Part shown: positions 51,868 through 64,000 of the stretch, piece after piece | Layout of the letters: the number at the start of each line of letters is the position of its first letter | How positions within the stretch are numbered: position 1 is the stretch's first letter | From: Octopus vulgaris | Lineage: Eukaryota | NCBI GenBank assembly: GCA_951406725.2 | Contig: OX597826.1 | Coordinates: forward strand, 79,732,001 to 79,796,000 | Direction of reading: 5' to 3' | DNA: 64,000 nt | Notes under the pieces: generated by a model | Told to the model about the DNA's origin: nothing | Database searches by the model: none | What the model saw: the letters and a program-made list of their open reading frames with translations, nothing else | Made by a program: the position numbers and the translations under genes

Positions 51868-52123
51868 CTTCTATTCTTATTCGCACACCCAGCAACTCTG
51901 GTTGCCTGCCGTGAAATATGAAAAAAAAAAAGGAAATTCAGCTTATTGTACTTCGATACGAAAACATCCGCACCCTTCCGTCTCAATAATCTATTATTGC
52001 TCCTGAAGGTTGTTTTTTTTTTAATACTTACTACGGATTGCTTGAAGCTAACTTTCTTCCTACACCTCGATCCTTGAATCTTACACACAGACACACATGC
52101 ACGCGCACGCACGCACGCGCACA

Positions 52124-52181
<58 letters not shown>

Positions 52182-52534
52182 ACACACACACACACATATA
52201 CACACACAAACACACACGCATATGTTGTTAAATGCTCGAAATACGAGATTAGAAAAACAGCCAAGAACTGATGAAGGGACGTTCTTTATGTTGCTAGTTT
52301 TGTTTTCCATTTGTGTCTTTCGTTGTTCGAAAGAATAGTTCGCGTTCGTGGTTCGTACTTTTTTGTTGTACACGTTTCATGATGTCCTGTGCCCACATAT
52401 ACATGTGTGTGTGTGTATGTGTGTGTGTGTGTGTGTGTGTGATTGATTCTCCCATCGTTAGACGACGTATGAGGGTTCGGCCATTTCTTGCCGAACAACC
52501 GCACAGATGATTTGTTTATAGTGATCAAATGTTT

Positions 52535-52739
52535 GTGTAGAGATAAGCTCACTCCCTCCATCAGATCGACATTACCTGTACAGGTGCAAGAGTGTGCCAC
52601 ATGTCAGATGTCGAAATGATCGCAGAGCAACGTGAAATGAAGTGCTTTGCTCAAGAACACAACTTAGCGCCCTGTCTGGGAATCGAACCCATGATCTCGC
52701 AATCGTAGGTGCAACACCCTAACCACTAAGTCATGTGCC

Positions 52740-52743
<4 letters not shown>
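52535..52743 (-). mobile_element. tRNA-derived SINE, family C-type head
   Basis: Minus GAAGGCACATGACTTAGTGGTTAGGG...GGGTTCGATTCCCAG...TTCTTGAGCAAAGCAC. Confidence 0.85.
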
Positions 52744-52774
<31 letters not shown>

Positions 52775-52984
52775 CCGGTCCTCGGTGTGACTTTAAACCG
52801 CATCCGGTAATGAGGCACCGGTTCGAGGGTTCAGGATTTCGAAAGATGTGGAACCTCCTCATAGCCACTATTGTATCTACAGTGGTGACATCTGTCAGAG
52901 CCCCAGCCATGAGTGATTGAACAAATTGGATTAAGCGAACTTAACTGGAGAAGAATTCTTGGGACGCTAGCTGTTGCGAAGCAT

Positions 52985-53165
52985 TGAGGAGGTCAGAGAG
53001 CAAGACGAAGCAAATAAAACATCTTGGTCATCAACCGCACCCGCATCCATTCTCAGTCGTCTCGATTTTGTTTTGTCACTAAATTGATGACGATCGCAGA
53101 CGAGATAATGGGATTGACAGTGCGCAAATATTCGCTTTTGAGCAAGTAACGAATCATTCTTAAGA
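52985..53165 (+). pseudogene. possible LINE endonuclease relic
   Basis: KTSWSS...SRLDFVL (cf. TW......SRLD..L). Confidence 0.4.
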
Positions 53166-54364
53166 CTGACGAGATGGTCCTCATCATTCCAACACAACGA
53201 ACGTGATGATGAACACACTGAGAGAACTCAGTTCAACCCATAATATTGTAGAGTGAATATCTGTGTATTAAACAGTATACTTAATCGTCCATTACTGTAC
53301 TGTTTCACCAGTAGCGGTACTCGAGGATCTATTTATATGTCACTATCGTTAAAACAAAATTTTGCTTCATGTACTGTATAAATCTAAATGGAGGGTATCT
53401 TCTTACTATTTCTAGACTGACAGATTCTTGTTTAATGTATATGAATTTAAATCTAATAATGTTAGAGTGTAGGGGAAAATTTTGTTAAAATATGTACTTA
53501 AAATAAATATAAATCCAAGTTTGTTAATAATCAAATGTAGGATTGACGGACGAAAGAACAAAACAAATTTCTTTTCAAAAGATAATATTAAAAGATGAAT
53601 AATATTCACATACTTCATATAATGGAAGACACCCCTTGTAAATATGCGCATATGACACACAATTTTGCGCTTTTTATAGATGATGACGTATGAACAATTC
53701 CAGCAGACCATTTGAAAAATTCTGCGGGTGAAACTGCACACTAGCAGACGACGATCACGTTTCACTGTTTAATACACAAGCACGTAGTCACACAGACATA
53801 TACATACATATACGTGCATAGATATATACATATACAGATACACACACATACATACACGCACATACATACATACATACATACATACATACATACATACATA
53901 CATACATACATACATACATACATACATGCATACGTACATAGATACGTGTGTATGTATATGTTATAATAAAAATACGACTATACTCAAATTTAAAAATTTT
54001 TAGGTTGTTTTTGATTTCCGTATCAAACTTTGCCGTTTCTTTGGAATAGAAATTTCCCTAAATTCCATGTTATAAATATTTCCAGACAATATTATTTTCT
54101 AGATCAGGATGTTGGCTTCTGTTCTGCGATTCATATTTTGGCAGATTCAAGACCAGAATATAACCGTTCGATTTCTACATCGTTAGGAACGTATTTTGGT
54201 CCTGAGAGTTACTCATCATCAAGAATGTGTCTTTTCTGTTTGTAACACGTGTTTTGTTTTACGTTTATTTTAGATGTGTACTAATGATAAGAGAAATACT
54301 TACATATTCAAATATTTTCTTAGCCAAGTTTGACTGGAAAGAATTTATACCTTTTCAAACATAA

Positions 54365-54405
54365 CAACATCGGTTGTCAAGCGATGGTGGGGGAAAACAC
54401 ACGCA

Positions 54406-54503
<98 letters not shown>

Positions 54504-54555
54504 CGACGGGCTTCTTTCAGTTTCCGTCTACCAAATCCACTCACAAGGCTTTGGT
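54365..54555 (-). mobile_element. SINE family B central fragment with long (CA)n
   Basis: CATCGGTTGTCAAGCG...(CA)n...ACGACGGGCTTCTTTCAG. Confidence 0.85.
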
Positions 54556-54655
54556 ATTACAAATCTTATACCCTGTAGCTATGTAGTCAAATCGAAATAA
54601 AGAGTACAGTGAACTTCTTAGGGGTGAAATAATCCAACGTTTTGAAAAGATAATA

Positions 54656-54786
54656 CAGTTCTATATTTAAGAGATGAGGAATTATGTACATTATTTACAC
54701 TATTTACATTTGACAGATATTTATCCTCATCAAGATGAGGGCAAATATCCGTCAACCGTAACAAATGTAAATAATGTAAATAATGT
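54656..54786. mobile_element. family E 3'-end-only inverted pair
   Basis: Minus copy 54656-54731 includes the 32-nt tail; plus copy 54732-54786 ends at AATGT without the tail. Confidence 0.85.
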
Positions 54787-54898
54787 TTTGAAAAGAGTGT
54801 TTCTTCACGGAAACGTTGAAAGGAAACTAATCAATAAGAAACAAAAGATTAATAGATCCTCTTAAAAAGACTGGCTGCAACCGATGAGGAACGCGAGA

Positions 54899-55445
54899 TC
54901 ACGTGAGCTTCATATGTGAAAGAAAGAAATGGTTGGAGAAACAGTGGGAAAGAATTAGAAGGAAAGAATAATGGAATGAGGAGAAGCAGGCAAGGTAGAG
55001 AGTGAGAGAAGAGTTGAGGAATAAGAAAGGTTCAAAGAACAAAGTGGATGTGTAGGTGCAGAAGGTAAAACGTTCATTTAAAGCTGTCGGTGACATGGTG
55101 CCATGTTCAAGCACGAAACGATGATCCATCTGTTCCTTAGAAGACGTGGATCCATGGTGTGGCACTGTGTCACACACAGTTAAATGAGAGAAGGAATGGC
55201 CTTCAGTGTGGAAATGGATGGAAATAGGTAGGCCTGGCATATATAATAGTGTGCTGCGTATGTGTTCGTGAAAGCGATCGGCAACGCGTCGGCTTGTTCC
55301 CTCAATGTAAACGGCGCCGTGGTGTTTGTATTTGTTACAATATGTAAGATTGGACGATGTGTAAAAGTTCTGAGTATTGTGATATTGTGTCTTAGGCTCA
55401 ATGATGGTTGTATATATAAGTGCTGTTTGGAGTCCTGTTACTCAT
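54899..55445 (-). pseudogene. Penelope-like (Neptune-type) GIY-YIG endonuclease relic
   Basis: One minus frame reads TIIEPK...FYTSSNLTYC...VYIEGTSRRVADRFHEHIR...LPISIHF...H...LEHGTMSPTALN, matching SSN.VYC...YIGET.R.L..RF.EH...PV..HF...LGT..P.GLN. Confidence 0.82.
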
Positions 55446-55635
55446 AGAGCAGGCTATCAGGTTTCCATGGCGTGTAAGTGACTGATATCACAACACACCT
55501 CCAGGACGGGACGCTAGTCACCCGGAGTGCTGCTCATTTGCAGCTGAGTGGACAGGAACACTGTAAGCTGTAGTGTTTTACTCAACAACACGACGATCTA
55601 CCCAGTCTGGAAATCGACATTACGATCACGATCAC
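55446..55635 (-). mobile_element. SINE fragment, C-type
   Basis: CAGCTGAGTGGAC...CTCAACAACAC...GGAAATCGA. Confidence 0.6.
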
Positions 55636-55689
55636 ATACATCATACATACATACATGCATACATATATATATGTGTGTGTGTAAACACA

Positions 55690-55732
55690 TCATATATATA
55701 TACATAGATATATATGTATATATATCATACAG

Positions 55733-55783
<51 letters not shown>

Positions 55784-55803
55784 TATATATATCTATATCT
55801 ATC

Positions 55804-55847
<44 letters not shown>

Positions 55848-55860
55848 CTCGTATATATGT
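55690..55860. repeat. (TA)n compound microsatellite
   Basis: Direct reading. Confidence 0.92.
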
Positions 55861-56529
55861 ACTTACATCCAGGGTGTACTGGCATAATTAAAGGTGTACA
55901 CAGACATATGTACATAAAATGAGAGGCGCAAAAGGAAAACAGAGAAAGATAGACAGAGAGAGAGAGTAAGAGGGATAAGAGAGAGCGAGATGTGGAGAGA
56001 GAAAGAAGTACGCGAAATTATACTGTGTAGTGAACCTTAGTCAAATAACAAATATATTGTGTGGCACCCAATAAAATCCGATCAAAAAAAGCATGTACCC
56101 CCTAAAGGGAGACAGAGATAGTGTCAGTTCAGTAAATATGTCTTTACAGAAGCCGAAATTCGAAAGCAGATTTATGAGGAGAAACAAGATGATACACACA
56201 TGATGCTGTCAGAAGCGTCTTGTTGCCAGTAACGGTAGAGGGACTTCACTCGATGTGTCTGTGTGTGCGTGTTATATTCTTAGGAATAGGCACGGCAGAG
56301 CGTGGAGGCACACAGACCTGCACACGCACTCACGTATTTGTAAGACGCATGTCTGTGTTGAAGAGGATGCAAGTGTACAAAACAAAGAAGAACGTGTGAG
56401 GCCTCGATTATGAATTGCGTCAGACACACACACGCATTTCTATGTGAGAGCGAGTGAGTGCGAAGGTGCATATATTTATCTCTATATATTTAGATATATC
56501 AAATATTTAGCGTGGGGACAATGTCATGA

Positions 56530-56832
56530 TATATATAAGTATATATATATAAAATATATATGTATATATATATATATATATATATACATACACACACACA
56601 TACACACATATATATACATACATAATACATAATATGTATGTATATATATATACACATACATATAATATATATATATACATATACACATATATATACATAT
56701 ATATATACATATATACATATAAATATATATTTATACACAGGTAAACACACACGCATGTATACATATATATATATATGTATACCTGTACATATATGTATGT
56801 AAATATATATATGTATATACATTTATATGTGT

Positions 56833-56885
<53 letters not shown>
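56530..56885. repeat. (TA)n/(TACA)n compound microsatellite
   Basis: Direct reading. Confidence 0.9.
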
Positions 56886-56886
<1 letters not shown>

Positions 56887-56929
56887 GAATGCATAAAATA
56901 TACATGTGCAGAACTACATGTGCGTAATT

Positions 56930-57170
56930 GGACTACGGCCATGCTCAGCATCACCTGGAACAGTTTGAGTGAACAAATCGACCCCAGTTTCCATTTTAAA
57001 TCTAGTACTGATTCTATCATCACCGTTGTCGAACCGCAAAGTCATAAACAAACCAACACCGTTTCGAAAGTGGTAAGGAGAGCAAACACAAAGCACAACT
57101 CATATATACACACATCTACAACGGGCTTTCACAAAATTCCGTTTACGAAATCATCCACCACGGCACTGGC
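56930..57170 (-). mobile_element. SINE family B, old copy
   Basis: GACTACGGCCATGCT...AAATCGACCCCAG...ACAACGGGCTT. Confidence 0.7.
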
Positions 57171-57398
57171 TTAATATGCGATTGCTTTGTAAACGAACTG
57201 AGCTACTCCGTTGATTGTTGCAGGAGTTAACTCTGAGGAGTGGTCAGCAAAATTCGAAGCAGTGTGTCAAGAGAACCCCTGTTCATATTCTTACTTGAGG
57301 CAAATTTAATACTTAAATTTCACTAATATATGTGTGTGTGCATATACACAAATATGCGTGTGTATATAGTTATCTTTTCTCTCTCTTTCTCTCTCTTT

Positions 57399-57465
<67 letters not shown>

Positions 57466-58506
57466 GTGAGAGAGAGAGAGAGAAATTAATGAAAGACATA
57501 TATCCTTCTATCTTTCATTAATTCTGGACGAACGAACGTGGGTATTTGTTTATCAATTTTTCATAAATACACATGGGTTTCTCAAAAATGCCGTCGGTGC
57601 ATACACACACACACACACACACTCACACACATGTTCCAGTTCTCTAATTTCTGTTAAAGTCTTCTATTTTCTATATTTCACTTTTTAACTCTATAAAGAG
57701 GAAGTTGTTTCATTTTCACTTCCGGTCGGTAACAGAAAAGATGGAGCGCCTAAAACACACATGTAGAGACGATTCAGAGAAAGAAAAGAGAGAGTGAGAA
57801 AGAGCGATAGAGAGACAAAGAGAGAGAGGGGGAGGGAGAGACAGAGAGGATAGTGAGAGAGAAAGTGACGGTGAGGAAATGAGAAAAAATGTGTGAGAGA
57901 GTTCCTGTGAGTATGTGTGTGTAAGACTAGTAAAAAACAATAGACTAAAAACCGTAAAATTGGGAGACTGCAGCCAGACTACTTGGTGATGAGGGACAAC
58001 GTTCTGCAGACAGGCAATCCGCATCAAAGACAGCAAAACCGACAAAATTCCAAACGAGAAATGGCTAAGGCAACAGCACGAACACCAGTTTGATTATCAG
58101 AGATAAAAAAAGAAGCCAAGAAAATGACAGACAAATAAATTGAATAGAAGCTTTACAATCCAGAAGAAGCCATCAAAAGATGCAAGGAACAGAACGGACA
58201 AGATTACTGCTGTGCCTCCTTTAAAGTGACTCATAAAAGATACGGAGACTCTTTCAAAACGAAAAGGAATTGATGAATCCGAAACAGTAGCGAAAGAAAT
58301 CTATTTGGGAAAACTGGAAGCTTAATGTTGCAAAGATACGGTAAAGGAATAAAACTCAAGCAGTGCTATGTATATTCTGGCTATGGACATGTAGCAGACG
58401 ACCGACAATTTGAGGCCGGTGTAAACGGCATATATATGCCACAAAGTTATTTTTAAGATAGAGTGTTAGCGCTAGTATAAAATACAACATACATACATAC
58501 ATTATA

Positions 58507-58569
<63 letters not shown>

Positions 58570-58890
58570 TTTAAGTTTGTTTACAGGAAACTTTTTGAAT
58601 ATGCAAATAAAACTCCTTTTCAATTATGTCGGCCGCACTCCAATGATGCTGACTTGTAAACCAGTTTTTTTTGGGTTGAATCCAGACATACCTCCATCAA
58701 CCTTGACACGGGTCAAAAGAGATAAACATCCCTCTGTTAAACACCCACTAGTGTTATATCGCCTGAAGAAATGAATCCATAATCAACACGATACCCACGG
58801 AGACTATACATTACACTGTAAACATCTCAGGGACATGGAATGTGACCTTTTAAGAGACATGTGATTTGTGGAAACGCGCGTAGCGATGCA
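58570..58890 (+). pseudogene. possible Penelope GIY-YIG relic ending in a decayed hammerhead
   Basis: NYVGRT...PDIP, then GAAACGCGCGTA at 58871-58882 (HHR stem III signature); CUGANGA not intact. Confidence 0.45.
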
Positions 58891-58935
58891 TTAAATATTC
58901 GTAAGTTCCATCCAAGGATTATTGTCATTATTACT

Positions 58936-59318
58936 TGGCTGTGTGATAAGTATCTTGCTTACCATCCACATGGTCCCGGGTTCAGTCCCACTGCGTAGCA
59001 CCTTGGGAAAGTGTATTCTATAATAGCCTCGGGGCAACCAAAGCCTTGTGAATGGATTTGGTAGACGGAAACTGAAAGAAGACCATCGTATATATGCATA
59101 TGCATGTGTGTGTATATGTTTGTGTCTGTGTTTGTCTCCCCCTGCCATCGCTTGACAATCGATGCTGGTGTGTTTACGTCCCCGTAACTTAGCGGTTCGG
59201 CAATAGAGAGCGATAGAATAAGTACTAGGCTTACAAAGAATAAGTCCTGGGGTCGATTTGCTCGATTAAAGGTGGTGCTCCAGCAAGGCCGTAGTCAAAT
59301 GACTGAAACAAGTAAAAA
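58936..59318 (+). mobile_element. SINE family B
   Basis: TGGCTGTGTGATAAG...GACTGAAACAAGTAAAA. Confidence 0.92.
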
Positions 59319-59499
59319 ATAATATATATATATATATACATACATACACACACATACATACATATATGTATGCATGCATGTACATACTTATGCTACATAC
59401 ACACACAGACACACAGACACATACACACACATCTAAGACAAATAAATATATATTACGTAGTATATAAGTTAAATTCTTGAATTATTAAAAATATCTCCA

Positions 59500-59835
59500 T
59501 TTGAAGGCAGTTAGAGAAGGGAGATAATCTCAAGAATTTAATTTTTTCCAGCCGTAAGAGACATTTAAGAAAACAAATGACCAGCTGTGTTTCTGTCTCA
59601 AGCGGCGTCATCAGCATAGCATTTGTGCTGACTTGTCTGTTTGGTAATATGCCCAATACGTTAACTGGTTTAAGTTTGTCACATTCTGCTAGGTTAGGTT
59701 GGCGAGCATTTAGCAAAGTCCACTTTCTTACAAGCATTCGGGGTTGGTCACCGAATTGAGGAAGCATTTCTCCCGCCTTTTCTTACATCAATTCCAATTT
59801 TCTCGTAAATGGCTTTGGGTACTACCATTTCCTCT
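59500..59835 (-). pseudogene. non-LTR reverse transcriptase relic
   Basis: Minus frames GIDVRKG (cf. GVRQG) followed by CYADDAA. Confidence 0.5.
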
Positions 59836-59844
59836 TGACTAAAC

Positions 59845-59955
<111 letters not shown>

Positions 59956-60818
59956 TACACATAATTATGGGTGCATTTTTTATGTGCTTGTATTTGTCAG
60001 TATGTGTGCGTGTAAGTGTTTGTATGTATGTGTATGTACCGTCATGCATATCTATATGCATCATATATATATACATACACACAGCACACACACGCACACA
60101 CACACAAACATACACACACACACACACATAAGGATAGATAGATATGAAAATGTACAGGCGTGCATATATATATATGTGTATAAATGTGTATGTATGCAAA
60201 TTTATACATCCATATATTACGTGCATATATATACATACATACAAACCCATCCCTACATGCCTGTATGTGCATCAGCGATGGCCCATCACTATCAGAAGGT
60301 TATAAACAATATTGCATACACACCGCGCCTAACAGACTATTCACACACAGACGGACGGGCAGATAGACAGGTGCACGCACACACACACACGCACAGGTAC
60401 ATTCAGGGAAATACGATTTTTTTTCAGAGAATATAGATCATTATATCTAAGCATGAGGAAAGTAAACAACTTCATAAACAATGAATAGATACAACAAGGT
60501 GTGTGTGTAATAGAATGTAAGCATCTATATACATACATACACATACACATACATACATACACATATATACATACACATACCTATGAGTTAATAATTTTGG
60601 CTTAGAGGTTTCACCACCTTACCAAAACTATTTTTTATACATATAATTCCTTAATGAAAACTGTTGGTAGTGACTCCGAAGTTTCGACCTTCTTAGCCGT
60701 CATAACAACTATATTTGTTAAGATATATGTACTTTACAAAGAGTATTGAGTAAGCCTGAAGTTTAATGTAAAATTATTTTAATTATAAATCGAAATAAAA
60801 TCAAAAGATTATATATAC

Positions 60819-61095
<277 letters not shown>

Positions 61096-61980
61096 TATAG
61101 ACATATACGGAGAAGGAGAGAGAGAGAGGGGGGTTCGTATATGACCTCATTTTGCTTTCGTAGTCATATGTGCTTAGTCGATTTACTTAAAATAACAGAT
61201 AAACATCACTCGAATGTTAATCAACTGTCTATAAACAAGCATGGACGCAGAAATGCAACGAAACGCGCTAACGACCGAGGAAAACTCTTCAAGCATTTGT
61301 TTGCCCAACTAGGCCCCTCCTAGGGCTTAACAACAATAAGAACAAACAACACCATCGCAATATACTACTACTATTTACACGCTAATGATGGCTAATATTT
61401 TCTTTTCAGTAAATTTGAACGAGATTGTGGTATCTATTGTGTTCATTCCACGGAATAAATGACTTCAAATAAAGCACAATGATTGCTACTGCTTATAGCG
61501 TGAATCGAAACAGGGTTGCGGGATTGTATCGCAAAGAACTTACCTTCTACAATACTACAGTGCACCCGCGTAAAATACCCAAAATGTATCGATTTTGACG
61601 AGTGCAGCCTTGTCGACAAACACAGCTACGTTTCATGTGTACAAGTTACTTTACTGCAGAAATGAGTCACCACCCCTCGCTTGTTTATATCGGTTAACAA
61701 TGTTCAGCGTTCGGGTGTGCATGTACGCGTGTATGTATACAATAATATTCCCACAGGTGAAAAGACACAGGTATGCATAGGCACGTACAAGGCACACACA
61801 CAACCGTACAGAGAACGATAGACGTACATACACATGTTTACAAAAAGGTTTGTGTACGAAAGCCTGCGAGTGAAAGGAAGAGAGACAGGAGGACGATACC
61901 CTCAGAAGCACCTTGTTTACCTGTGTACATAAGTATTCCCATATGTAATTCAAAACACTATGCGCATACTGGCATAGGCA

Positions 61981-62040
<60 letters not shown>

Positions 62041-62163
62041 AACACGTGAATATATATACATTTATATACATATGTATAAACACACACTACACATACACAC
62101 ATATATGCATGTATACATAGAAATACACATCAACAAGTGCGTGTGTTGTATATAATGTATGGG

Positions 62164-62246
<83 letters not shown>

Positions 62247-62254
62247 CTTTTAGT

Positions 62255-62445
62255 TTTTTGTTTCAGTCATTTGACTGCAGCCATGCTGGTGCACCGCATT
62301 TAGTTGAACAAATCGACCCCCAGTACTTATTCTTTGTAAGCTTATTACTTATTATATCGACTCCTTTTGCCGAACCACTATGTCACAGGGACGTAAACAC
62401 ACCAACATCGGTTGTCAAGCGATGGCGGGGGGAGATGAACAAACA
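62255..62445 (-). mobile_element. SINE family B, 3' half
   Basis: TTGTTTCAGTCATTTGACTGC...GGTTGTCAAGCGATGG; a matching head fragment lies at 62793-62830. Confidence 0.88.
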
Positions 62446-62472
62446 CATACATACATATACATATACATATAC

Positions 62473-62523
<51 letters not shown>

Positions 62524-62524
<1 letters not shown>

Positions 62525-62790
62525 AGGCGCAATGGCCCAGTGGTTAGAGCAGCAGATTCGCGGTTTCGATTCCCAGACCGGGCGTTGTGAGTGTTTATTG
62601 AGTGAAAACCCCTAAAAGCTCCACGAGGCTCCGGCAGAGGGTGGTGGCGATCCCTGCTGTATTCTTTCGCCACAACTCTCTCTCTCTCTCACTCTTTCTT
62701 CTATTCGCCTGCTCACTTAGCCAGTGGGGTGGCGTCACTCGAAGGCTAAAACAATGCGAAGCACATTGTGACCAGCGATGTGTAGCAACA
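62524..62790 (+). mobile_element. tRNA-derived SINE family D
   Basis: GAGGCGCAATGGCCCAGTGGTTAG (A box), GGTTTCGATTCCC (B box); body not shared with families A-C. Confidence 0.8.
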
Positions 62791-63164
62791 TCGGTAAGCA
62801 CGCTACTTACCACACAGCCACTCCTGCGCCTATATATATATATATGTGTGTGTGTGTATGTATCTGTGATGTGCACGTATACTAAATATTTCACTCTCTC
62901 TTCCTCTCTCTGTATATATATTTACATATACACCTACACCAACAAATAAACGTATACTTTATATATGTACACACACACACACGTGCACACACACGTGCAC
63001 ACACACACACGTGCACACACACACACGTGCACACACACACACACGTACACACTCACACATACGTGCACCCTCACACACATAGGATGAGTGAACAAAAGAT
63101 AGTAGGAGGCATTCAACACGTTTGGTTATAATTAGTATTTATATAAGAATTTGACTCAGCCCCA

Positions 63165-63270
63165 CGTGGCTTGAAGTTTCGTGAGCGCGTAGGTGATGCC
63201 CAACTCATCAGACTGCCTCTTCAAAGATCTGATGAGATGGTCGTATCCTAGGCTCCCACGAAACATTTTT
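63165..63270. ncRNA. divergent pair of degenerate hammerhead motifs
   Basis: Minus: UCUGAUGAG-20 nt-CACGAAAC (63176-63212); plus: UCUGAUGAG-20 nt-CACGAAAC (63228-63264). Confidence 0.55.
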
Positions 63271-63735
63271 TAAATATATTTAATTATGCATGCGTGCACA
63301 TAGATGATGGTGAACCCTTCCATCTATTTCGAAATATGGTCGTACAATTCGTTCAACTACGTGACCTATTCTGTGAGTTAACACACAGAGTGGTTGGGTG
63401 TATCACAGACAGATATACACTAGCCATAATTTCCAGGCGGAATCAATTGGTCTCCGAGTGACAAGAAAGGCAGCTTTGGCTCACTGGTGCCGTCCCATTC
63501 GGCGAGCTATTTCACGGTTTGTTTCTACAGAATTTCACTCAATGATTAAAAGGTTAGACGTTGCAGGAAAGACTGATAAGAGAAATACAACATTTATAAA
63601 TTTCGTCACAAACACTGACTCTCAGCCGTGGATGCGGGATCAGTAATAATCATCCGAAGAATTTCTGTTCCCTCCTTTTTAATACAACTTTCTTGACTAC
63701 AACGAAAAAGTATATAAACATCGTCGTTTGTTCGT

Positions 63736-63739
<4 letters not shown>

Positions 63740-63795
<56 letters not shown>

Positions 63796-63811
63796 CCTCT
63801 TATATAGATAT

Positions 63812-63843
<32 letters not shown>

Positions 63844-63914
63844 AATACTATATACGTATTCGTTTATATGTATACGTCTATGTCCATATCCTTATATATA
63901 TGTGAATATATACG

Positions 63915-64000
<86 letters not shown>
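63740..64000. repeat. (TA)n,(GATA)n,(TATC)n,(TC)n cluster
   Basis: Direct reading. Confidence 0.92.

Noticed and set aside
52262-52300. CTGATGAAGGG hammerhead candidate
   Set aside because: No correctly placed GAAA or stem III.
57950-58450. LINE-like A-rich decayed coding sequence
   Set aside because: Composition is suggestive but I found no diagnostic motif.

Overview
AT-rich, repeat-saturated eukaryotic intergenic or intronic DNA. I could not support any host protein-coding exon, and almost all long ORFs in the track are translations of (TA)n/(CA)n/(TACA)n microsatellites. The repeat inventory looks cephalopod (Octopus-like); that is my inference, not a database result. It contains four or five tRNA-headed SINE families in many copies, Tc1/mariner relics and MITEs, hAT- and Tigger-type MITEs, two Helentron-associated (HINE-like) elements, and decayed LINE fragments. 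It also holds an unusual density of Penelope-like element (PLE) relics (RT and GIY-YIG motifs) and minimal type I hammerhead ribozyme (HHR) motifs. The most striking feature is a short non-coding element (family E, 4 loci) built as tRNA-like Pol III head + (AAT)n + minimal hammerhead + 32-nt tail. At three loci it is paired with an inverted partial copy that lacks that tail, which is the architecture of Penelope insertions. This suggests a ribozyme-carrying SINE mobilised by Penelope machinery. Family labels A-E are my own working names. Coordinates were read by eye and may be off by a few bases.
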